This document shows positions 30,109 through 38,959 of a stretch of DNA of 64,000 nt, in pieces. Source of the DNA: Obrimoposthia wandeli (lineage: Eukaryota); assembly GCA_977020255.1 (NCBI GenBank), contig CDROCS010001101.1, positions 558,001 to 622,000 on the forward strand, given 5' to 3'. The notes beneath the pieces are model-generated. The model was not told the DNA's origin and ran no database searches. It saw only the letters and a program-made list of their open reading frames with translations. How positions within the stretch are numbered: position 1 is the first letter of the stretch; each line of letters begins with the position of its first letter. The translations under genes and the position numbers were made by a program.

Positions 30109-30972
30109 CTAATTATCATCGTCTGATGCAACCCCACCTAATATTGATTTCATGCTGGTTGACTCAAATATTTTATCTGCACTGCTTGGCACAAACCCTT
30201 GGTATAACTGACCATCTTCTTGGTTGAAGCGTTGAGCGAATTCGTAATAACAGCTGCTAATTGGCTGTTCGCCAGCATCTTTAAAGTCGATCAAACAAGT
30301 ATCAGCCATTGTTGAGGCTTGAATTAATAAATCGCTAAGTTTGCCTTTTATCACGCCTCCAGCGCTATTTAGTTCGTAACCCTGTTGCTGTAGCAGTTCA
30401 ACCACTTGTGGTAATTCAGGCGTGCTATTTAGGTGGTTAACAAAGATAGTGAAGTGATTCGCGCGTAAGCCCCACACCGACAGCCAAGCGGCATATTCCG
30501 ATTCTGCGGCTAGCGTTTGATAATCGGCATAACTTGGTAATTGCCATAACCGTCCAGCACTTAATAAAGGCGAAATACCCGCACTGGATTGGTCAATTAA
30601 CGGCGAGCTTAATGTCTTATGCCCCTGCTCGATGATGTCTTGGATTATTGCTTGGGCTTGGTCTGACAATTCACGCCAGCGTAATTCACTGATGAATATT
30701 TTAGTCGGTGACTGATCGTGGATATAACAACGGGCATCGAGTTTTTTTACCTCAAACTGATAGGAATCTAACAGTCGATAACCTAACGCTAAGATCTCAT
30801 CTTCAACAATATCAAGGCTAATGTGAGAATCTGAAAACGTACGAAACGCGATATGGTCATTAACTAGAACCTCGCCTTTACTTGCAAATAACTGATGTAT
30901 AGCAAGTGCCTGTGGACTAATCTCACTGTATTGCTGCCAGAGTTTATCGAAAAAGTTATCCAAAATGGACAT
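30109..30972 (-). CDS. DUF1338 family (2-oxoadipate dioxygenase/decarboxylase-like)
   Basis: 287 aa; NDHIAFRT, ESEYAAW, ANHFT, YYEFAQR, IFEST with His/His/Glu metal ligands. Confidence 0.85.
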   Translation of the reverse strand: MSILDNFFDKLWQQYSEISPQALAIHQLFASKGEVLVNDHIAFRTFSDSHISLDIVEDEILALGYRLLDSYQFEVKKLDARCYIHDQSPTKIFISELRWRELSDQAQAIIQDIIEQGHKTLSSPLIDQSSAGISPLLSAGRLWQLPSYADYQTLAAESEYAAWLSVWGLRANHFTIFVNHLNSTPELPQVVELLQQQGYELNSAGGVIKGKLSDLLIQASTMADTCLIDFKDAGEQPISSCYYEFAQRFNQEDGQLYQGFVPSSADKIFESTSMKSILGGVASDDDN

Positions 30973-31138
30973 GTGACATCCTCTTATTTAGAGCGAATTA
31001 TCAGTGTTTTAATGATGCATTTTCATCATACTTAGAAAGAAAGATAGGTGATGAAAGACGGTTTCGCTAATATATGCCTGTATAAAAGAGACTTAGGAGG
31101 GGTTTTATGCCGAGAAGAGTACAGCGAAGGGAAGCGGA

Positions 31139-31168
31139 AAATAGCTTAGCTACCTTCCCTGTTCCATT
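31139..31168 (+). repeat. Possible internally deleted copy D of the 7.3-10.3 kb repeat
   Basis: AAATAGCTTAGC (11/12 to copy A left end) ... CTGTTCCATT (copy A CTGTTCGCATT), middle 11 nt shorter. Confidence 0.35.
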
Positions 31169-31179
31169 TTAGGTTACTG

Positions 31180-31812
31180 TTATATGTTATTTTCCACAGA
31201 TGCCATTTTTACGCCTGCAAAAATAAGCATCACGCCAGCAGAACGATTAATCAATTTAATAATCGCGGGTTTTATACCGACACTGATTGACTTGAATCCT
31301 AAGTATCCATAAAGAGAATAACAAACAAGATCTAAGATAAGTGTAATCAAGCATAGTAATGCTAACTGCGGCAGAATTGGATTTGATATATCAATAAACT
31401 GGGGCAGCAACGCTGAAAAATATAAAAGGGCCTTAGGATTAGATAACTCCAAAACAAAACCTTTTAAAAATACTTTATACCCACTGCCTTTTTTATTATT
31501 AGATGCATTTATACTCAGAGGTCCCGCTTGGCTGAAAATAGCGTTGAAACCAAGATATAGTAGATATGCAACACCTACCCATTTTATGATGGAAAAAAGA
31601 GTATGCGAAGCAATTAAAAGCGCTGCAATACCAGTTGCTGACAAAACGAAAAAAACAACGTTTGCAATCGCGATACCTAAAATGACTAAAAAAGACCGCT
31701 TAAACCCATTCGATGCAGACTCAGCGGTGACCGCGATTGCCGCAGGTCCAGGCGAAAGCACAACCACAAATGTGGTGACGAGAAAAAGCATAAGCGTTTC
31801 AAATGGGATCAT
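31180..31812 (-). CDS. LysE/RhtB-family exporter
   Basis: True start MIPFETL at 31812 (AAGGAAG SD); LSPGPA, LELSNPKALLYF; the track's PIPIP/TSTST extension is translated VNTR. Confidence 0.9.
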   Translation of the reverse strand: MIPFETLMLFLVTTFVVVLSPGPAAIAVTAESASNGFKRSFLVILGIAIANVVFFVLSATGIAALLIASHTLFSIIKWVGVAYLLYLGFNAIFSQAGPLSINASNNKKGSGYKVFLKGFVLELSNPKALLYFSALLPQFIDISNPILPQLALLCLITLILDLVCYSLYGYLGFKSISVGIKPAIIKLINRSAGVMLIFAGVKMASVENNI

Positions 31813-31826
31813 CAGTTCTTCCTTGA

Positions 31827-31904
31827 TAGATGTAGATGTAGATGTAGATGTAGGTATAGGTATAGGTATAGGTACAACTGTAAATGTTAGTGTAGATGTA
31901 ACTG
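31827..31904. repeat. Compound hexamer repeat (TAGATG)x4 (TAGGTA)x4 plus 5 degenerate in-register units
   Basis: 13 hexamer units in register between GNAT stop and LysE RBS. Confidence 0.92.
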
Positions 31905-31914
31905 TCACGCCCTG

Positions 31915-32391
31915 TTAAGTGGCACCTTGAGCATGATTAAAACGCTGCCTTGTCACTAAGCCCCACTTTTCATCAAGATACTTATCTTCAACAAAAGAAC
32001 CTGATGTGTAGTCATTAACGACGTTTTGCCAGAACTTAACGGCATGTTCAGCCCCTGCTACTTGCTTAATTTCCCAAGACCCTTCGAGGCGTTGAAAAAT
32101 ATTTGATATAAACAGCTTACCAATTTTGTTTTTTCGAAAACAGGGTAATACATAAAAATCACAGATCTCAAATTCCGTTGGTGATTTTTCCAAAATAGCA
32201 GTAAAAGCTGCTGGAACCCCATCTTCATACAATAAGTAACCGGAAACATTACCTTCAATTTTTGGGTATATTTCAAATAACCCATTTGCATCGGGTTTGT
32301 CTGCTATGATTTTTGAAAATTCTGCCGCATAACCTTGATACAAATTAGCATATACATGCTTATTGCTACTATCTACGTTTACTATTTGCAT
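31915..32391 (-). CDS. GNAT-family N-acetyltransferase
   Basis: 158 aa; FYVLPCFRKNKIGK, AVKFWQ. Confidence 0.85.
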   Translation of the reverse strand: MQIVNVDSSNKHVYANLYQGYAAEFSKIIADKPDANGLFEIYPKIEGNVSGYLLYEDGVPAAFTAILEKSPTEFEICDFYVLPCFRKNKIGKLFISNIFQRLEGSWEIKQVAGAEHAVKFWQNVVNDYTSGSFVEDKYLDEKWGLVTRQRFNHAQGAT

Positions 32392-32417
32392 AAGAAATTC
32401 TCTATGTAATGTTATCG

Positions 32418-33080
32418 TTAAGACTTAACACTGTGGTCTTGTCGTATTACCCATTCAACTGCTTTCTTAGCATGAATATAGGTTGTATCTACATGATGTC
32501 TCATGATCAGCATCCCAATTGAGTGCAACTGTACTTCATTCGCTAATGACTTAATAATTCTCCCACTCAGCTTTAAAGCCCAAAAAAGTTCTTTATAAAT
32601 AACATTATGAACAATATTTCTATCTGCTTCATTAGGAATTAAAACAGTTAAACCATGGCCTTCAGTTAAGCGCCCTTTATAGAAATCTTGTTCCATTGTA
32701 AAAGCGGTTCCGAGTAAACCGACCGTTTTAATTCCTTTTTCCACAAGCTCTTCAGCTGTTGCATCAGCAATATGTAGCAAGGGTATATCGATTGCCTTTT
32801 CTATTTGAGGTGCAACTTTATGCATTGTATTTGTACATATCAATAAGACATCTGCACCTGCTGCTTGAATATTCTTAGCTCCGTCGATAAGTATTTCGGC
32901 AGTCCCTTCCCAATCGCCACTATGTTGTAGTTTTTCAATAGGTGCGAAATCAACACTATACATAGCAATTTTTGCTGAATGTAAACCACCCAGTGACTCT
33001 TTGACACCTTTATTGATTGCTTGATAGTACCCAACGGTACTTTCCCAACTCATACCACCTAAAAGACCAATTGTTTTCAT
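32418..33080 (-). pseudogene. YgeA-type aspartate/glutamate racemase with damaged C-terminus
   Basis: Intact N-terminus (MKTIGLLGGMSWESTVGYY, CTNTMH, LLGTAFTMEQDFY); C-terminal GCTEI catalytic motif missing in frame, Cys-Thr codons present out of frame at 32522-32527. Confidence 0.7.
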
Positions 33081-33203
33081 AGTACGGGGCGTAATTAACT
33101 CTCAACTATACGATTCAAGTACTTCTATATATTTATTCCAAAACCCTGTAATTATTAAGACTATGAACCAAAATATTACGTACAATCATTAACTTTTCAC
33201 GAA

Positions 33204-33229
33204 AAAAGCTCAAAATAATTTGAGCTTTT
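33204..33229 (-). terminator. Intrinsic terminator
   Basis: AAAAGCTCAAA-ATAA-TTTGAGCTTTT with A-tract giving U-tract on minus strand. Confidence 0.65.
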
Positions 33230-33261
33230 AGGCATAAACATTTATTGATCCGTATAATAAA

Positions 33262-34353
33262 TTACACACCTTGCTCATTAAAAAATAAGACCGCATCATC
33301 AATTGTTTCACTCGAGAACCCAAGGCTCGCATCGACTGTAATCTTACCTTCTGGTGTTTGCTTGGTAGTAAATCCGTTAATACCTAACGCTCGTTCAAAT
33401 GCGACTGATTTTTTAGCTGTATCTAAATTAATAATCGTAATTTTTTTCAGTCCATGTTCTTGCGCTACAGCATAAGCGCCATCGGGCGTGTTAAACCAAT
33501 ATATCTTCCAAAAATAGTGGCCAATATTTTTAGACCCATTTTTTTCAAACAAAGACTCTTTCGTCTCAAGCTTCGCGCATTCATTCACGATGCTATTTTT
33601 CTTTCTACACTCAGATAGAATCTGTATATCATTCCCACTAGTTCTTATATTTAAAGGCACTACGCTACCTGTTTCAATATTAGCGAGAAGATATTCAGAC
33701 GCATCATCTTCCATAATACCTAAACTTCCAGCTAAATCACTTAAAGAGCCCATCAAGTCAGCAACTGAATCTGTTTCAGGATCTTTCTCTAATAAAATAT
33801 AGCCAGTCGAAGACACATCACCATTTTGATATTTAGCTATATGGTAACCTTCTGTTGCAGAAAAACTATTAAGCCCGACTAATGGGTCAAAGTTGAATGC
33901 AGATGATTCTCGAGCAATAATGAAACCTCTCGATGTAGGAATTATCCCATTCCCTGATAGTTTTCGCCCTGTAACAGTAACAACCTTTGTTCCATTACGG
34001 TCAATTTCTGCATTTGCTAACGTAATAGCCTTGGCTTCAGAACCCGCTTTATTATATTTAATAACATACTGATTAGTTAAGAACAATATAGTTAATCATA
34101 TTTAACTTTAATACCGTCTTTAGAAAGTTCGAAACTAACACCAGTCTCATTTGATTCTAGGTTTTCAATTTTTTTAGCTAATTCATTAGCTGTAATACTC
34201 AATTTAGCCTGGTGGTTTAGAAAGCAATCATTGCTGCATCATTTGTCGCTCTTCTTGTGTTAACTCCGGCGGCGTATTCGTTGTCATACAACCCTGAATA
34301 CTAAAACTTAAAGTTAAAATACCCGCGGTCTTTAATAATTTTCGGTTAAACAT
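33262..34353 (-). pseudogene. Frameshifted lipoprotein gene of unknown family
   Basis: GGAG SD, ATG 34353, MFNRKLLKTAGILTLSFSIQG|C lipobox, stop after 41 codons; coding-like text continues in a second frame (..SITANELAKKIENLESNETG..KVKYD*) and a third (track ORF 33262-34086). Confidence 0.75.
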
Positions 34354-34592
34354 TCCGTGTTCTCCATTAATAAATCAAACTATATGCTATTCACAATTAA
34401 ATAATACTAAACAACTAAAACTAATATTTTATTATTAAAAATACTACTTTATAACTAATTATTCAATAGTTTAAATTAAGCTAAAAATTATTAACCGACA
34501 TGACATTAGTCAATTACTTGAGTAAAACACTTGGTTATAGTGACTGGGTATTTTATTTAACACTAAATTGATTGAACAAAGAGGATATTATT

Positions 34593-34673
34593 ATGAGTTG
34601 TTGTGGTGGCTGCGGCGGACAAGATCATGAAGAAACTAAAAAAACTGAAGAAACCGAACAGGATTCTGAGTAG
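34593..34673 (+). CDS. 26-aa Cys-rich acidic small protein
   Basis: Not in track. MSCCGGCGGQDHEETKKTEETEQDSE*; AGAGGA SD upstream; imperfect terminator hairpin 34698-34743 downstream. Confidence 0.7.
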   Translation: MSCCGGCGGQDHEETKKTEETEQDSE

Positions 34674-34744
34674 TTAGTTGATTAAATTCTGCTAAATAAA
34701 AAAGATCTTACTTACCTTTCTGAGGCTAAGTTGGGTCTTTTTTG

Positions 34745-34790
34745 CTATAAGCACTTAGCATTGTCTATAAGTACTTAGTATTTTCTATAA
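34745..34790. repeat. 20-bp tandem repeat, about 2.3 copies
   Basis: CTATAAGCACTTAGCATTGT / CTATAAGTACTTAGTATTTT / CTATAA. Confidence 0.7.
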
Positions 34791-34807
34791 AATGCTCTGC
34801 TAATTTA

Positions 34808-35416
34808 CTAAAAAGGCGCAGCTAAAACTTGCGTCCAATAGATACGATAATACGATTTTTTATTAGTATAAGACGCCATGCCCATCTGCGTGTAATCGCT
34901 ATCCATTATATTCAAGCAATGCCCTTTGCTGCCTAACCAACCATTTATGACCACACTCGCTTCAAGCTGTCCTGCTGCTATATTTTCACCTGCAGCGCGC
35001 CAATTATACCCTGCGGCATAAGTACGTTCTCCGACCCGATTACCTTGTTTGTCACTATGATTAAAATAATCGCCATCAGCCATATTCTTAGAATGTGCAA
35101 ACGCCGATTGTTGTAATTGCTCATTCCAAACTACAGGGGCAACCGCAGGCATTCTGCGATTACCACAAGTATAACCGCCGACACGCGCTGCATTTACCGC
35201 TGCGAGCATCTTACGTTTAAAACCAGGTGTTGATTCTGGTCCCAGTCTTCTTGATGGTTTTGATACAGGTGGATCCGCTTGTTCAACCGCTTTGTCCGGT
35301 AATACAATCTCGCTATCCTTGTTATCATATTGGCCATTGCTAACGCAGGCAGTGAGTAACACCGCCATGATGCAAGTGATGAACCATTTCGTTTTACCTT
35401 GCCAAAATTTATTCAT
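34808..35416 (-). CDS. CAP (SCP-like) domain lipoprotein
   Basis: Lipobox LTAC; VNAAR, HSKNMA, AGENIAAG, WLGSKGHCLNIM. Confidence 0.9.
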   Translation of the reverse strand: MNKFWQGKTKWFITCIMAVLLTACVSNGQYDNKDSEIVLPDKAVEQADPPVSKPSRRLGPESTPGFKRKMLAAVNAARVGGYTCGNRRMPAVAPVVWNEQLQQSAFAHSKNMADGDYFNHSDKQGNRVGERTYAAGYNWRAAGENIAAGQLEASVVINGWLGSKGHCLNIMDSDYTQMGMASYTNKKSYYRIYWTQVLAAPF

Positions 35417-35449
35417 TCACCCTCTCGTTGTTATTTTATAATACGCCGA

Positions 35450-36226
35450 CTACTTTAACGCCAACAGCTGCTGTAAACGTACAGGTTCACGCTCAATTTG
35501 TTTTAGCGCTTGCTTGAAGTTACGTCTTAAATAACCTTTCAAATTACGGGTAGCATCACCAGTTGAAATACCTTTTAATCGGCAAAATAACGCCAAGGCG
35601 AAAATAACATTGTCTTCAGATAACGTAGCCTGTCGATTTGCTTGAGCGTTATAACAACTACCGCACCCGCCTCTAAAAGTATAAGCCGAATTAGCCATCA
35701 TCACACCAAAGCCCATAAAAATAGCCACGATTTCGGTACTGGCATTAAAATCCTCAGCACCACCTGGCGGTAATTGCTGTGATTGTGCCACCACATGCTG
35801 CGCTAAATGATGCGCATAACTTGAAGCGAGATCGCCCGGTTTAGAGGCTTGTTGGGGGTTATACGTCATAGCGAGAGGCTGTAGAGCAACCAGTGCTGGT
35901 AAAGAATGGTTCCCTGACGAATCACGCTGTACTGCCGATAAATCGAGTAATGCAGGAGGTTGTGGGCTAAACAACTGCGGCGCTTGTAACTGTAGCGGCC
36001 AATGACTTAATCCTGCATATTTAACCACATTATTAAAAATGGTTTCAGCCATACCATGACGGCTATCAATATTACCGGGAAAGAACTCATTGGTGGGTTG
36101 GATCAACTGACTACGCTGAAAAAATTCTTGATGGTCGAAATGGGTTAACGCCCACTCGAAAGTGTCAAACATCCACTCACAACTAGCGTCGTCGATAAGA
36201 GGCTTAGAACGAAAAAAATTCAGCAT
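35450..36226 (-). CDS. Conserved hypothetical protein
   Basis: 258 aa with GGCGSC motif; 33 nt from next gene, operon-like. Confidence 0.75.
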   Translation of the reverse strand: MLNFFRSKPLIDDASCEWMFDTFEWALTHFDHQEFFQRSQLIQPTNEFFPGNIDSRHGMAETIFNNVVKYAGLSHWPLQLQAPQLFSPQPPALLDLSAVQRDSSGNHSLPALVALQPLAMTYNPQQASKPGDLASSYAHHLAQHVVAQSQQLPPGGAEDFNASTEIVAIFMGFGVMMANSAYTFRGGCGSCYNAQANRQATLSEDNVIFALALFCRLKGISTGDATRNLKGYLRRNFKQALKQIEREPVRLQQLLALK

Positions 36227-36324
36227 TGGCTATCAGTCGGTAATAATTAGATAACAAACATCATATCCTAACTCTTATTACCGACCAATAAACCAATGCT
36301 ATTTTTTTTATAACTGCTTACTCT

Positions 36325-37224
36325 TTACAATTGCGTTACTTTATATCCAGCTGCTTCCAGTTGTTGCAACAAACCATCTTTACCGACTAAATGTAGTGCG
36401 CCGACTAATACCAATTCAGTTTGTTGATTGCTAAACATAGCTTCAATCTGTGGCAACCAGTTATTGTTACGTTGGACTAATAACGATTGATAGATATCAG
36501 GAAAATCAGTAATCAAAGGCGTAATGGCAAGATCTTCTAGTGCTTGAGGATCACCATCTCGCCACGCTGTTTTCATCTCAACCATAAAGGTCGGTAATGT
36601 TTTGATATCTTCAAGACTATAACGGATCAGCTCATCTTCTTTGCCTTTACCTAACCCAGCAATGAATGCTAATTGCTCTTCAACTGTCTCTAATTTACCT
36701 AAGGGTTTTCCATCGACAACAGCTTTGTTGTTATAGAATTTATCCACACCCAGACCAGTAAAGTTAAGGCGTTGCAGCTCAACCATAGTTAACATTAACG
36801 AGATCATGCTCGGCTTAAAATTATTAATCACCTGCATGCCAATACCACGCGACTCACAAAATGCCGCCAATTGCTTATATGTTTCAGGGCTTAAATGCTG
36901 TTTGACATCTTGACCTTCAGGATAAGTAAGCTGACTGAGCATAGTCTGCTGAAATGCTGGACTTTCTAATTTCGCCATATCGGTTTCTAATACCAATACA
37001 TCCGTCAAGGCATAAGCACGGTCGAATTCAACGGGTAACGGATAATCATCTGTTGTTAGCACATGTACAGTGCCACCAAGATAGATACTGTTTTTGCCAC
37101 TATTATTGTTTTTTACATCAGTTACCTGCCAAACCGATGAGGTGGCATTCGCCGTACTCACAACGCTCAAGCCGCTCAATAATAACAACAGGGAAAAACC
37201 ATAAGATAATTTAGCTAGTTTCAT
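36325..37224 (-). CDS. TraB/GumN-family protein
   Basis: Signal peptide; YLGGTVHV, GLGVD, LETVEEQL, RNNNW, VGALHLVG. Confidence 0.9.
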   Translation of the reverse strand: MKLAKLSYGFSLLLLLSGLSVVSTANATSSVWQVTDVKNNNSGKNSIYLGGTVHVLTTDDYPLPVEFDRAYALTDVLVLETDMAKLESPAFQQTMLSQLTYPEGQDVKQHLSPETYKQLAAFCESRGIGMQVINNFKPSMISLMLTMVELQRLNFTGLGVDKFYNNKAVVDGKPLGKLETVEEQLAFIAGLGKGKEDELIRYSLEDIKTLPTFMVEMKTAWRDGDPQALEDLAITPLITDFPDIYQSLLVQRNNNWLPQIEAMFSNQQTELVLVGALHLVGKDGLLQQLEAAGYKVTQL

Positions 37225-37283
37225 TAACGCCTCTATTTTTAGTCAAGTTTAAAGCCCTACATTTAAAAGCCTACAATACACAA

Positions 37284-38000
37284 TTACTGCTTCACTGGCA
37301 TGACAGGTTTTATCAACGACAAGAAGAATGCCGCTGAAATAACCGATGAACCAAACAACATACACATGATCATAATTTGATAACGTACCGCGATAAAAGG
37401 TGAAACACCGGATAAAATTTGTCCCGTCATCATCCCCGGTAAAGACACTAAACCAACGGCAAATAAAGCATTAGTAATAGGTATCAACGAGGCTCTTAAA
37501 GCAATACGACGGGCAACAAGATAGTCTTCACCACGCGCCATTTCTGCATGTAAACGCTCTGCAGACAGACTCACGCTATTCATCGAATTGGCAAATGCCA
37601 TGCCCGCTAACGGCACCATGTATTGCGGGCTGTACCAAGGATCTAACCCCAGTACACCCGCACTCATGACAAATAAGGTAAAGCCCCCACCAAGTATTAC
37701 AGACAGTAATGCATACTTGTACATTTTCCAACGCTGTTCGGGCACGGCACCTAACGCAATCCAACTCGATGCAACCACCATCACCAGCAATACAAGAACG
37801 ACAATGCCCGCACTGTGCGATTCGAAAATGTATGATAAGAAATAACCAATCAGTAATAACTGGATCAACATTCGTGATAATGCATACAAGCCATTTTTAA
37901 TCGGCAAGCGCCATTGCATTAAGATACCTAATGCCACCAGCACAGGAATAAACGCAAAAGCTAAGTTTGTAAATGAGATCACCTGTACCGCATTACTCAT
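37284..38000 (-). CDS. UPF0014 ABC permease (FetB/YbbM-like)
   Basis: RMLIQLLLIGYFL, PLAGMAFANSM, GLVSLPGMMTGQILSG, AVRYQIMI. Confidence 0.88.
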   Translation of the reverse strand: MSNAVQVISFTNLAFAFIPVLVALGILMQWRLPIKNGLYALSRMLIQLLLIGYFLSYIFESHSAGIVVLVLLVMVVASSWIALGAVPEQRWKMYKYALLSVILGGGFTLFVMSAGVLGLDPWYSPQYMVPLAGMAFANSMNSVSLSAERLHAEMARGEDYLVARRIALRASLIPITNALFAVGLVSLPGMMTGQILSGVSPFIAVRYQIMIMCMLFGSSVISAAFFLSLIKPVMPVKQ

Positions 38001-38002
38001 TT

Positions 38003-38716
38003 TTAACCACCTGTCACTGGCTGCACTGGAATATCTGAAGCGGCATACAAGGCATCAATATTAATAATACGAATATGCCCTCTTTTCTCTTCAATTAAGC
38101 CTTCTTTAGCTAATTTTTTCAGTAAACGCGAAAACGTTTCAGGTTGAATCGATAATAATGACGCCAACGTGCGTTTCGGTATATCAAGTTCAATAACACC
38201 TTCATTTCCGTCTTTGTTTTGAATATTCTGCATCAAGAATAACAATAAACGGTTTTTAGCATTTTCGACCGACAACATTTCAATTTCATACAGATCATGA
38301 TGTAAACGAATACTCATATTCGCCATGATTGCGATGCCCGCTTCAGGGTTACTTTTTAAGATTTTTAAGTACGTTTCATTATCAAAGGTAATCAATTCAC
38401 TTTCCGATACAGCTTGCGCTGCCACGGGATAAAACGGTTTATTATTAAACATTAATGCCTCGGCAAAGGTATTACCTTCGCGCATTAATTCGACGACTTT
38501 TTCTTGCCCACTCGGGCTGGTACGGTAAAGTTTGAGGTGGCCGCGTAATACTAAATAAAATCGACTGGCTTTATCGCCTTGATGAAAGACATTTTCTAAT
38601 GGCTCGATTTTACATGTTTTAGCAGTACTAAAGAGTTGCTTATATTCAGCATCAGTAAGGGCTGAAAACAAATGATGGGCTGATACTGTATCGATGATAT
38701 GACTGTCGGTGATCAT
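38003..38716 (-). CDS. Crp/Fnr-family regulator, DNR-like
   Basis: HHLFSAL, GQEKVVE, NTFAEALMF, LSIQPETFSR resemble DNR; no FNR Cys cluster; start MITDSH at 38716. Confidence 0.85.
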   Translation of the reverse strand: MITDSHIIDTVSAHHLFSALTDAEYKQLFSTAKTCKIEPLENVFHQGDKASRFYLVLRGHLKLYRTSPSGQEKVVELMREGNTFAEALMFNNKPFYPVAAQAVSESELITFDNETYLKILKSNPEAGIAIMANMSIRLHHDLYEIEMLSVENAKNRLLLFLMQNIQNKDGNEGVIELDIPKRTLASLLSIQPETFSRLLKKLAKEGLIEEKRGHIRIINIDALYAASDIPVQPVTGG

Positions 38717-38959
38717 GAAATCCAACTTATAAATACGGTTGTTATCTGTATAGGATAGAAGATATCGTAAACAGATGATAAGAACCAACATGATGCCATG
38801 AATTTACTTGTAAAAAAACGCTCTCATCATGACAATCGACCATAGCGCACCGACTAATTTGACCTAGTACTTAAAAGCAGCGTATTTATCTATTATTAAT
38901 ACCAATAATAAATCTTCTATGCTACCGTCCAGCGGTTTGCTTAAAATGGAGATAAAAAA

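Noticed and set aside
33204-33233. TTGAGCTTTTAGG as another repeat copy
   Set aside because: Fully explained as one arm of a perfect terminator hairpin; AATGG and GCATTA ends are missing.
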